From assembly GCF_036365525.1 (NCBI RefSeq), contig NC_090399.1:26608529-26672528 (forward strand): a DNA stretch of 64,000 bases. The letters run 5' to 3'. A program made the translations under genes and the position numbers. Shown one piece after another: positions 1-11,354 of this stretch (its first letter is position 1; every line of letters starts with the position of its first letter). Source of the stretch: Heterodontus francisci. Its lineage: Eukaryota. The notes beneath the pieces are model-generated. The model was given only the letters and a program-made list of their open reading frames with translations, was not told where the DNA came from and did no database searches.

Positions 1-445
1 TTCTTCGGGCAGCACGGCGGGGCAGAACCCGAAGAGGGGAATTAGCGCCGAGGGCGGGAGCGAGTGACTGAGGAAAGGCAGCATTGAGGTTGGGACCGAT
101 CGGCAGAGGGGGGGAAGCGGCGAGCGGGCGGAGCGGAAAGGCAGCAAGCGAACAGCCGAGGGAGAAGCAACGAGGTATGCAGCGAAGGCTGAGCGAAGGC
201 AGCGGCCAGGCGAGGAGCCAGTGGCTGAGAGAAGGCAGTGGGAAACTGAAAACGGCGATTGAAGCCGGGATGGCGGCAGACAGTGGGGTAGTGTTTGCGA
301 ATGGAGGTGGCGATCGCTGCTATTAAGGGGTGAAGATGTCATTGCGTGGTGAGTTTAGCGCGCGCATGCGCGTATTCACACTGGCAAATGTTCACGCACT
401 GATGACATCCACGATTACACTGCTCTGTGTTGCCAGGAGTCACTG
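1..445. repeat. G-rich arm and terminus of a GC-rich foldback/MITE-like interspersed repeat (truncated by window start)
   Basis: 299-440 (gaatggaggtggcgatcgc...ctggcaaatgttcacgcactgatgacatccacgat...gttgccagg) matches the reverse complement of ~24945-25085. ORF 84-326 is low-complexity and spurious. Confidence 0.7.
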
Positions 446-510
446 TGAAAAATAAGTCCTTTGGAGAGGATTTCATGCTGGTAACAGAACTTGCCTTATT
501 TTCCTGTCAG

Positions 511-528
511 TTAAGGCAGGAAAATATC
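511..528 (+). CDS. Candidate 18-nt micro-exon (D-like class), phase-1 reading xKAGKY
   Basis: ccttattttcctgtcag|TTAAGGCAGGAAAATATC|gtgagt: strong acceptor, consensus donor, length divisible by 3. Ends in KY plus gtgag like the exons at 24495 and 44826. Confidence 0.45.
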
Positions 529-1477
529 GTGAGTTCTATACTTGCGATCTATCTGCCAAGTATTCCCTTCTGTGCTCCAATCTGGCAATGCTTAACGCGC
601 AGGTCCGTGTTACTACGAAAATTACTGCAATTGTAAATGTTACTGTTCACTCCCTTGTAGCAGATTGCTCATCAAACAACCGTAACATCCCTTCGAGCCA
701 TAGAGAAAGTGTGGCAAGGGACTTTTCGACCCATTTCCACGCAGTGGTTACTACTTTATTGGAAAGTAAATTATAAGCAGGTAGAAATTTATTTGACTTT
801 ATCCGAATGTTTTTTTAACGAAATCGATGAAGTGATTGCCAATTAAACAATAGGAAGTCACACACTAGAGGTTGGTTCTGAAAGCACTTTGCACCAAATT
901 GATAAAAGCACTGCTTAGGCATGGCAAACTGTCACCTGAAATAAACGTTGGTGTCAATAATTATTTAAGTAAGGATCCTGCGCTTGTATTCGGATTTTTG
1001 GTGGGATTGTGGTGCCTGCGAGCTTTTGATTCGCTATTTTTATCGCTGCCCAGAAAGATATAGGCCGAAAACCCAGAAAGCATGGTTGAGCTGCAACATT
1101 TAGTTTAAGCCCGACCTCCGGTCAGGCAAATCTCTGTTTAGTCGTTTTGGATGATTGGAATTTTTAGAGCACATTTATGGCTGCCTCACGTGCGTTGGGG
1201 GGATATTTATACGACATAGCTCTTACACAGCCAACTGGTTGCTGCAGCTGCGCCGTTTAATTTCACTGCCTTCGACATTGAGGTCAGCCCTCTGCCTTCT
1301 TTGTTGTGCTGGGTCCTTCCATACATCATATGCTCTGCTGCTTTAACAGATCAGTTAACGACGTTGTATATTTCATTGTCGGAGGTTCCTATTTCAAAAA
1401 TGAAACGAATGAAAGAGTGAAGTGAAAAGTAGAACATGCGAACTCCCAAATCAAATGTTTCAGATTTTCACTTTCAG

Positions 1478-1513
1478 AGGTGAAAAAAGTGGATAAAGAA
1501 CTCGAAGACACCG
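1478..1513 (+). CDS. 36-nt micro-exon (class A) of coiled-coil gene, (E)VKKVDKELEDT
   Basis: ttttcactttcag|AGGTGAAAAAAGTGGATAAAGAACTCGAAGACACCG|gtaagg; open in phase 1, TGA in phase 0. Confidence 0.8.
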
Positions 1514-2547
1514 GTAAGGGAAAATATTCAAACTGTTCCATTTTGGTCTACTAAAGCGAAGTGAAAAATTCTATTGTTGTCTGTCATATATTTTGGTGAA
1601 AGAGCAGTAAAAACTTTGGTGATTCTAACAAAAGCATAACTGGAATTTTTGATGGAAAATGTCTTAACCTTATGTAAATATTGAACCTTCATTAACTTAA
1701 TCATATAATATGGCATTTACGCTTCGAATATCGTTCTCAACACCGCACACTTTAAAGTGCTAAAAGTAAAAGAATGCGATTCCTACTGATTTGTTGGCTT
1801 AATGCCTGGAACCTGAATTGGATATGGATGGGACGGATCGCAAGCAATGTCGCATTGGTCGCCTGTTACATCCTCTCCTCGACATCCAGCTCCATTGACT
1901 AGAATACAACTGAATATTCAATGTGTGGTATAGCGGTTAGGATTTCTAACTAATGGTACTTTGCCTGCTATGTGTACCATCAATGTCCAATCTCATCCTT
2001 CTTCCCCCAAAACCCCAATATTGCGATGTCCAAATGTACAAAAAATCTTCTTCACCCATTTGCTTCCAATGCTTATTTAGACCACTGCCTATCAGAAATA
2101 ATTGAGTAGTGATCTGAAAAGCGTAACATCATTTCAAATCCTACGCTACCTATAGGCAATGCCAAGGTGAACACAAAGTGGGCACTGAAACTTCCATTAT
2201 CCACTACAATTCAATTTTATCGACTCACAGATCACTTACGTGACACTGACTGGCAGATTTTCATATTTACCAGCTAGACCTTAAGTTATACCATGTGGAG
2301 AATAGGAAGGAACATCAGACATGTACTTTAAGGAACCCTTCTAATTTCGCTCCAATTGATTTCAATGAAAAGAAAATCAGGGAATACTATGCATATTTGG
2401 ACATCGCAAACTCTAGATGTTCTTTTCCGCGCTCCAAAGTGGGCATATTTATGACCTAGGAATAAAGATGAAAGACAAACACGGATGCATTTGATAGTTG
2501 GTTTCAAAGGAAACGGTTTGTTGTTTCTCGAATTATATTGAGGAAGA

Positions 2548-2885
2548 AGAACTTACATTTTACAATCCCTTTCACGGCCCCAAGGCGATTTACAGCCAAA
2601 CACTACTGTATTTAATGCAGCCAATGCATCAATGTGCCACATTGCAATCCAATCAGCTGCATTTATTCATTTGTTGATTGAAGTATAAACGTGACCAGGC
2701 ACAACTCACCTGTTCTTCTCAGAAATAATGTTATGCGATCCAGCTGTCGGGCAGACCACCTCGGTTTCACATATCAGCTCTGAAAAAGCAGCCCTCCCTC
2801 AGTGCTAGGCTTAACTGTCACACTTGATTTTATGCTCACACCTCCAGAGTGCAGCATGGTCACACTAACGTTTGAATCAAAGATG
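2548..2885 (-). mobile_element. Decayed Deu-domain SINE (SacSINE1/AmnSINE1-like)
   Basis: Reverse complement carries remnants of the recalled DeuSINE core (ctctggag...gagcataaaatcaag...gcactgagggag...gaaaccgagg...gaagaacaggtgagtt). The family name is from memory. Confidence 0.6.
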
Positions 2886-3108
2886 TGGAAACTGGGGATT
2901 GATTATAACAATTCTTTGCACTGTTAAATTATAGCAGGTTTACTGCAAGTGACTATAAAAACTGCGTCAGTCGTGGTATTCAAAGCTCGGGACAAAAGCA
3001 GATTAAACTGGATGGAAATAGATGGTGACAACACAGCATTAACATTGGCGTTTTGCTTCCTTCAGTGCTAAACCATCCATGATTCTATAACTGTTTATTT
3101 TGTAACAG

Positions 3109-3135
3109 TGCAACTTCTGAAGCTGAAGGAATCTG
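3109..3135 (+). CDS. 27-nt micro-exon (class B), VQLLKLKES
   Basis: ctgtttattttgtaacag|TGCAACTTCTGAAGCTGAAGGAATCTG|gtaagc; open in phase 1, TGA in phase 0. Confidence 0.8.
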
Positions 3136-3274
3136 GTAAGCTCATAAATAGGCACTTCTTCATGTTACTTACATTTTTATGTTATCTACAGTATTGAAAT
3201 TTCCATTGGAGGTTTTGGAAACACTGCATGGCAACAACTAATACAATCAATATTTCAATGGTTATTATTTTTAG

Positions 3275-3301
3275 AGCTTGAACGGCATAAAAAACTCGAC
3301 G
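3275..3301 (+). CDS. 27-nt micro-exon (class C), ELERHKKLD
   Basis: ttattatttttag|AGCTTGAACGGCATAAAAAACTCGACG|gtgagt; consensus donor, 139-nt intron from the previous exon. Confidence 0.8.
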
Positions 3302-3940
3302 GTGAGTAACATTAGAGAATCGATCAGTCTACAAAACCTGCCGGATTTCTTTTCTAATTAGAAATAATCACGTGAAACTTATCGATGCTGAATGGAGCAT
3401 GAGATTTTATATTATTTTCCTGCTTCTCAAATGGGCATTTATCCGACTAGAAGGAAACACGGAGCCTATCCAGTCGATCTCAAAGCTCAGCAGCTATATT
3501 ACTGGACAGCCCATAGCCCTCAGTAACATTTTCTGCCAAATAACCATTTAGAACCCTTTGTTTTTTTTTATGTATTTATTTATGCTGGCACCAAAAAGTT
3601 GCGAATGGACCCCTTTGTCTCTTGGCTTGAAGCTTTCCACCAGATTTTGATAGTGGATCAGCAGCTTTTTCTCCACGATTTGTTTTCAACAAATCTCTTA
3701 TTATTTCTTCAGATGTTTTCGGTCATATCACGTTCAATGTTTTTCTTATCAACCCTAAAATGCTTTTGCATTAAATTTCCTGTGGTTGTAGTTGTTGTTC
3801 CAGCTGCTTACCGCAGTAGATTAACTCTTCACGATCGATATCAAAGCTTGAGAGCAGTGTGAATCATAAGCTTACTAAATTTCCGTGTTCTGTTAAAAAG
3901 GGGATAACAGTGAAGGAGGAGTACTTATTTATTTATGTAG

Positions 3941-3967
3941 CTGAACAAACAAATTATAAGAACAAAT
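3941..3967 (+). CDS. Candidate 27-nt micro-exon (D-like), AEQTNYKNK, ends in T
   Basis: ttatttatttatgtag|CTGAACAAACAAATTATAAGAACAAAT|gtaaca; weaker donor, peptide resembles ETKETYKKY at 24495. Confidence 0.45.
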
Positions 3968-4847
3968 GTAACACTATCAATATTGTACGTTGGATAAACA
4001 TGTATAAAACAATTTGCAATGAGCGAAAATTAGTGATATAATGGAGGCTTAGAATAATCCATGATACTTTATGTAGTGGCAAAAGCAGTACAAAGACTCA
4101 TAATGTGTTAGGATATCGAACTGGAACTGTAGTCTATAGACCTAAATAGGTTATATGGAGGGTTAATTAAATAATTATCAGACTACACATCGAGCACTGT
4201 GTCCCAAACATACTGGAAAAGATAATTAGCTACATTATAGAGTTGAGAGAAGAGCAACGAGAAATACCTGAAATACATGCCTATCTCGGAGCATTATTTT
4301 ATGACAACAAGCCGGCGGCACAGCCAGGAATGTTTAAATAGCGCTTTTCTGTAAATCTTTACAGTAATCTCTATGATGTGCAATTCTACCTGGAACGATT
4401 TAATATTTTATCAAATCATTAGATGTGAATGGTTTATTTGCTATTTTGCTTGTTTGTCGAAAGAAAACTAAGTTTTATAAGATGACAGTGATCTGCATTG
4501 TAATGTAAGAAATAATGAACGATCCATGCCCTGCTTTCACTGTACATTTTCTGATTGAGTATATATTGGTAGATGTAGGAATCGATTATAGACTAAGGAA
4601 AGGTGGTTAACTGTAATTAAGGAAGTGCATTTCACTCTTACTGCTGCGAATTCAGAAAGCATAGAGTGTTACAAACCATAATGTGACAATTTTTGATTCC
4701 GTATGTACATTCAGAAAATAATGGACACATGCAAAACGTATAGCAAAACAATGTAAAAATATGGATGTTAACGGCAAAACAAGAGTAACGGTATCACACA
4801 TAAGGCTCGGATTACACGTTGATGTTTTTTTTTCTTTAAACATTTAG

Positions 4848-4874
4848 AGGAAATTATACTTGAAACGAAGACTG
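4848..4874 (+). CDS. 27-nt micro-exon (class F), EEIILETKT
   Basis: T-rich tract ...ctttaaacatttag|AGGAAATTATACTTGAAACGAAGACTG|gtaaac; same gtaaacca donor context as the exon at 48850. Confidence 0.7.
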
Positions 4875-6263
4875 GTAAACCACTTCCTAATACCTGTATT
4901 ACGTAAACGTTGGTAAAGACGAAGTATAAAGAAAAAATGGGGTGGTGATATAACGGCCAATCCTACATTTAAACACTTCATCACAGGTTACATTTACATA
5001 GCCAATAAACAGACAACTACTTGAGATGAAATGTATCTTTCCACAAAAAGATGGGATTTAATTTTGACAACTAGATGGTTTCTATTTAGAAGATCCTTTC
5101 AGCTTCTTTGATCACGTGCTTTGCTATCATCTTCCCATTACAACATCCAACTCTTGCTTCGATAAGATGAACTCATCATCAACTGGTTTCCACGCTTGAT
5201 CATCCTCTGTGCAAAGAAGTATTTGTGTCCGAAATCTATTGTTCATAATCTTGACCAGGGTCCCACTGTATGGATTATGGAGACGTTTTGTTTCAAGTTC
5301 ATTTTCTCCACGCTGTTAAATACATTATAGGCACAAAAACTTAAATTCAGGAAGATACATCTTAAAATCCCTCCAGTTATGCCACTATTAAATTGCTGTG
5401 GTACATAAATTCGAAAATTCCAACACAAAGAATGTTATTAACTGCAGCACTGATTTGACGATGTAGACAAAGAAATGCTTTGAAGACCATGAAGATTAAA
5501 AATCATAACTTTGACTGCGATGGAAATAAAACCAAGAAAGATGTAATTGGGCTTTCCTCGTACTATCATCCATTTTATACTATCACACAAATTCAAGATT
5601 TCCCCTTCACTGAAATTAACAAAAAGAAAAAAAAAGATTCAGAAATGCAATGACCATTGGATCATTTTACCTCATGACGATAGTGTAGAATGCGAAATAT
5701 CGGATTGACTGCCTGGTATCTATGTTTCGCGAATTTCTTTCCTCTAAAGTCAACTGAAATAAAAATCGGGCGAGGTGCACGAAGGCGATTGATGAAATCG
5801 CCTGTTTTATCGTTTACACTGATTTTTAAAGAAATTAAAAGCACAGAATGTTGGCACATGTCTTCTACAGTGTGGGAACAAAACCTGATTACAATGAGTT
5901 CCAAGGGTAACTTTACTTATCTTCGGCCACTTTAATGCAAATTCTGGGAGCCAATGGCAGCTTCATTGATCGTTTTGGAAAGGGTGAAAACATGATTTCT
6001 TTACTGCAGTTTTTGAGCACAGCTGCTCGAAAGTAGAACATTGGGAGCAGAGGAAGATAAATATCTGTTTAAAAAGGTGACAGTTAATCTGTAATGTGTT
6101 TATTGTATCACGTCAGAGCAATGGTACCAGCAGAGTATGCTTCCTCCTGCATGGGTGACAAGAACTGTCATTGGAAACTAAGCTGAATGGAATAACATTC
6201 ATTTAAACTCATAAGTTACAAACTTCAAAAAGTAAATAATCAAAATCTCATGCTTTCCTTCAG

Positions 6264-6299
6264 AACGAGATAAATTGACAAGCATTCAGGAAGATGTTG
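6264..6299 (+). CDS. 36-nt micro-exon (class A), ERDKLTSIQEDV
   Basis: tgctttccttcag|AACGAGATAAATTGACAAGCATTCAGGAAGATGTTG|gtaagc; open in phase 1, TGA in phase 0. Confidence 0.8.
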
Positions 6300-6503
6300 G
6301 TAAGCAGAGAACATTTCATTGCGTGTCATTTATTTGAACTACTTAAAGTAACCGTTTTGAACTTTAACTTATGAGAAAGGGATTGATACTTGGCTGCGGT
6401 ACCAATAGGTGGCAGCAGTTTAACATCTGTTTATACATTCCACCAGGTTCTCCACTACATTGACTTCACTTTATTTTCTTAATTATGTTTTTTTTTGCAA
6501 CAG

Positions 6504-6530
6504 CGCGACTGTTAACTATAAAAAATGAAG
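6504..6530 (+). CDS. 27-nt micro-exon (class B), ARLLTIKNE
   Basis: T-tract gcaacag|CGCGACTGTTAACTATAAAAAATGAAG|gtaaag; open in phase 1, two TAA in phase 0. The aacag acceptor is shared with 3109 and 60197. Confidence 0.75.
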
Positions 6531-7669
6531 GTAAAGAATCTCTTTGGGTTTAATTGTGCTTTCATGTTATAGATTATTATATATTAAAATTATAGATATA
6601 AAAAGGGTACAATTTGTCTTGGTGGTAGCGCAAAATGGAAGATAACCAATCGGCCTACAACCAAAATGACTTTTTGTTTCAATTGAAGCTGCAGAAAGGA
6701 GTTTAGTTTCTGGTGTAAGCCGGGCTGTGAATCAGCTATCACTCCCTTTGCATTACTGTACAAGACCAATCTAACCTGCAAAACATCCAACAGATACAAA
6801 TTATTGGTCCACTGATGCTCTTGCTGCCTACTAATCAACTGTGGTCCTGTGATGGAAAGTTCTTCTTAAGTATTTCCTAATACATCGGCATTATCAGTCC
6901 CATTTAATCCCAGTTAAACCATAAATTCGTAATATCTGAACGACATCATCCATGGAATCCAAGCATTGTTTTCTCTTTAAGAGTTTTCTTCCTTTATAAA
7001 AGGCCTTGTTGTTGCTAGGTCTACGTGGACGTGAATGAACCGTGCTGGATAAAGTGGTGCTTCGGCCACTTCTCCCAATGAACCATGATTTTTAATTAGC
7101 TTTGTTTCTGATGCTCAGTGGATGAACAACAATAAGTGTGGAACAAATAAAAAACATCAAAGTCATCAGATAGCATCTTCAACCGTCCAGATTGATGTCC
7201 AGCTCTGAAGACGTATACACTCCTCTTACATATTTGGAAAATCAATTATTCGATTAATATTTCGAAAACTTCATACCTTCTCGTTCTGAGCAGGTCAATC
7301 CAATGTAATTTTTTTAGCTATGGATTGGCCGAAAATTGCTCATTTTTCTAGAGCTCTGTATCACATATTCACAATCCTCTGTATAAACCCGAATTTTCTA
7401 ATCTCGCTGTAAATTTGGTCATTGCTGCCTTTCCTGTTGGGTAAGTATATTGGAATGGGAGCTTAAAATGCCAATCATTAACCATTAAGCCATTTCACGG
7501 CCTCACGTCTCAGTCGGGTGATTACTGGTCTTTGGACACAGTGTATAACAAATCGTGTGCTGAGCATCCTCTTGTACATTGCTCCCAGTTTTTATTCCCA
7601 TGGATAAATAGGTCCGATGTGAAATAGGTGCCGGTCCGATTTTCCCATTTCACACTCTTGACAAACGTT

Positions 7670-8362
7670 GACAAGAACATGAATTTATTGAACACCCTTG
7701 ATGTCGTAAAACATCTGATGGCATTTCTTAGAAGTGATCAGATGAATAAAAGCGTTGATCGACGAGGTAGGTTTCAATGGGCGTCTTAAAGGGGCAAAGA
7801 CAGGTCGAGAGGCGGAGAGATTTAGGGAGGCAATTCCAGAGGGTAGCAACTCGACAGCGGAAGGAACGGCCTCAAAAGTTGAAGCAATTAATATTAGGGA
7901 TGCTCAAGACGCCAAAAATAGAGGAGCACAAATATTTCAGAGGGTTGTAGGGCTGGAACTAGTTTAAAGTGATAGGCATGTGCCTGGGAATGGGGGGATT
8001 TGTAAACAAGAATTGTTGAATCTGGAGTCAGTACATGCCAGCAAGCGAGGAATGAACGGTGCAATTCAAGAGAGAGGCAGAAGTTTCAGATGAGCTTAAG
8101 TTAATGGAGGATGGAAGATGGGAGTCCGGCCAGAAGTTCTTTCAAACTTCCGAATAGCTAAATAGAGAAGTAACAAAGGCATGGATGGATGTTTCCGGGG
8201 TGGATGAGATGGGGCAATGGGTTGAATCTTGTGATGTTATGGAGTAGGAAGTAGACAGTAGATAGTCTTAGTGATGAGTCAGATATGCAGGCAGAAGCAC
8301 ATCGTGAGGTCAAATAGGATATCAGAGTTGCAAACAATCTTGTTTAGTATCGGATAGTTGCC
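7670..8362 (-). mobile_element. Decayed L2-type LINE 3' fragment
   Basis: gagaggcggagagatttagggaggcaattccagag...gaaggaacggcc resembles the antisense 3' region of L2 elements; a similar short piece is at ~55800-55990. Family assignment is from recalled similarity. Confidence 0.55.
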
Positions 8363-9174
8363 AGTGTTAAGACCGAGGTGGGAGGAGTGTACTTTTTATC
8401 TAGTTCCACTTCTCCACAGGTTACTCTATATTTTTATATATTTTTTTACCCAGTTGCTAATACGATTAATCATAGAGGCTATTTTTATTCCAGAATGCAC
8501 AAACAAAAAATCCATCGACTAGGTTTTGTAAACAAAAACAATATTATTAGTTTATTATAAAACAAGTATTAACCAGTAACGAAGCAAAGCACCAACATAC
8601 AGATTGAAATATGAAAGTTTTCTTTTTCTCTTTAGTCACTCAAACACACACGCACACGCACACATGCAGTGGTTAACTGAAAAAATAGAGATTTTCTCTT
8701 TACAGCTCTATTACAAAAAAAAACAGGCAAACAAGAATACTTTGGCCAAATACTTGCTAATTCTTGTTGAAAAGAGAGAAGCTATAGAAATATATCAGGT
8801 GTCCTTTTATTGGTTTGGCGTCCCAAATACGTGTAGACGGATGTCACTGGGAATATCCAAGTCGCAGGTTAACTTTTTCAACCAGCTGGCAGAGATTGGT
8901 TTTAAGCAGAGCAAGTTCTCCTGCGATTTTAGCTGAATAATCTGTGTTACTCCTCTCTCAAAATTATACAAAGCATCAAGCCGAATTAATTCCAAAAGAA
9001 AATAAGAAAAGCTTTTCTTTCCCAACAAATTATTGGTATTTGCTGTGTTCATCACTGAAGGGACAGTTTAATGCTAAAATAGCAGAACTCCTGAATATCA
9101 ATCTTTGAAGGACCTTGTTCCCCCATCGGACCACTGTGAAGACTTCAAGCGACCTTTGACTGTTTTTACATTAG

Positions 9175-9195
9175 AAGATTCCATTCGTCAGAAAT
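9175..9195 (+). CDS. Candidate 21-nt (one heptad) micro-exon, EDSIRQK, ends in T
   Basis: gactgtttttacattag|AAGATTCCATTCGTCAGAAAT|gtaact; same AAAT|gtaac end as 3941-3967. Confidence 0.45.
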
Positions 9196-9339
9196 GTAAC
9201 TTGCAAACAGATTTAAGTATATGTATGCAAATGTGGGAGCTATATTTTTTAAAATAAGAAGTTTTAAGGTCTTTAGACGTAGGTTTATCTCAGCTGCCTT
9301 TCAGATTTTAGGTTTTGTAATGAATAATTAATTTGTTGC

Positions 9340-10920
9340 TGTCTAAATATACCTGGTTTGGTCTGCTTCATTCGCGGGATACTAGAGTTGGCTGCTTTTT
9401 TCAATTTGGCTGCTTTTCTGATTCTCTGTAGAAGCACTTAATATTGGTGTTTAGATTTCTTGCCAGCTTTCTCTTGTACACTCTTTTCTCCCTCCTTATT
9501 AATCTTTTCGTCATGCGTTTTTTAATATATATATATTTTCTGCCCAATCTTCTGAACTGCCACCCATATTTGAGAAATTATATGCTTTTTCTTTACGTTT
9601 AAATCTATCTTCAACACTTTTAGTTTACCACGGATGGTGGATCCTCGCCTTAGAATTTTTCTTCCTCGTTGGAATATATCTATTCTGTATATTCTGAAAT
9701 ATCCTTTTAAATGTCTGCCATCTCTTTGACCAATCCCTTAACCTACTTTGCCAGTTCAATTTCGCTAGCCCTGCTTTCATTGCCCACATAAGTGCCCTTA
9801 TTTAAGTTTAAAATACTAGTCTTAGATCCACTCTTCTCTCCCTCAAACTCAATGTAATATTTACTCATATTATGATCGCTGCTGTCTAGGGCGCCTTCAC
9901 TATGAGGACATTAATTAATCCTATCTCGTTGCACAATAGCTGCTCAAGTATAGCCGGTTCACCGGTTGGGTCCAGAAAGTGCTGTTCTAAGAAACTATCC
10001 CTAAAATATTCCATTAATTCTTCATCGAGGCTACCTTTTCCCATCTGATTTTTCAAATCTATATGTAGATTAAATCTCCCATGATTATCGCCATACCTTT
10101 CTGACAAGCACCCATTACTTCTTCCTTGATATTTCTTCTTGCTGTGTGGTGACTGTTAGGGGCCCAATACACCACTCCCACAAGAGACTTCTTGACTTTA
10201 TCATTTCTCATCTCGACCCAGACCGTTTCTATATCCTGGTTTCCTGAACTTAGGTCATCCTTCTATTGTGACAATTCCATCATTAGCAGAGTCACCCAAC
10301 CACATTTTCCTAGCTTCATTTCCTTCCTAAATGTCATGTACCTTTCAATATTCAGTTCCCAATCTGTGCCACCCTGCAGCCATGTCTTTTGGTTATCAGA
10401 TCATACTTATTTATTTCTATTTGCATTATCAGTTCATTGGTCTTGATTTCAATGCGACCTGCATTCAGATAAAGAGCCTTTAGTTAAGTCATTTTACTAT
10501 TTTTGTAACGTCTTGTCTTAGATTTGTAATAATTGTCCCTTCCTGTCATGGTCTGTTTCTCTTCTCTCATATTAATACTTTCCTCTCTTGCCACTATTTG
10601 AATTACCACAAGTTCCCTAATTTGATCCATTGCCTCCTCTATTTATTTTGAAACCCTCTCAACCTCCCTAGTTATGTGACTCGCTCGAACACAGGTCCCA
10701 GCACCGTTCAGGTGTAGACCCCATTTTCCCAAATACTGGTGCCACTGCCCAACAACCCAGAACCCATTTCTACCATACCGGTCTTTGAGCCACTCATTCA
10801 TTTCACATATCGTATTTGCTTTGCTCCAATTTTCACGTGGCTCAGTTAACAATCCAGAGATTATTACTTTTGAGGTTTTGCTTCTGAATTTGGTGCCTAG
10901 CTCGTCGTACTGACAGATCC
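9340..10920 (-). mobile_element. CR1 LINE 5' part: ORF1 SGNH-esterase and ORF2 endonuclease remnants
   Basis: ORF 10643-10945 (SKVIISGLLTEPR...MNEWLK...GLHLNGAGT) is CR1 ORF1 esterase-like; ORF 9886-10107 (FRDSFLEQHFLDPTGEPAILEQLLCNE) is the APE endonuclease end. Confidence 0.85.
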
Positions 10921-11340
10921 TTGCGCCTGAAAGATAGGAGGGCACAAAGACACCAAAGGTAGAGATACAGGAGTGGGAACAGAAGACATTTCAGGTGTTT
11001 CTTTGGCGATGACTGGATAGATAGGAATGAAACCAGGTGATTGCAGACTAACCCAGTGGAATGACGGAGATCAGCCTTTGGAATAGGGTGTTCTGGTTAA
11101 CCATGTTAAAAACTGCAGACAGACCGAGAAGGCCGAGTATGAATTGTTGGCCCTGGCTCCAGGCTCCGACCATGACTCCTGAGACATTGTCAACTACCGT
11201 TTCGGTGTCATGGATTGGTAGAAAATGATTTGAATGATTCAGGCATGCAGATCTGTGAAAGATGCACACGGATGTTGGAGATACTGCACATTGAAGGAAC
11301 TTGGAGATTCACAGTTCCTTGTTAGTAGTTGAATTTCTAA
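10921..11340 (-). mobile_element. L2-type LINE reverse transcriptase fragment
   Basis: ORF 11048-11269 HDTET...LGLLGLSAVFNMVNQNTLFQRL resembles the L2 RT motif HSTET...LLDLSAAFDTVDH.ILL.RL. Confidence 0.65.
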
Positions 11341-11354
11341 GGCCTAATTACCAG

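Noticed and set aside
588-776. ORF considered as an Ig or transmembrane exon of the host gene
   Set aside because: No Ig Cys/Trp pattern and no ~20-aa hydrophobic stretch; ends in a stop.
1922-1950. tRNA A-box-like ggtatagcggttaggatt
   Set aside because: No B-box or cloverleaf follows.
7352-7440. Possible 89-nt exon ending GG|gtaagt
   Set aside because: Stop in the phase-1 frame, length not divisible by 3, peptide unlike the array.
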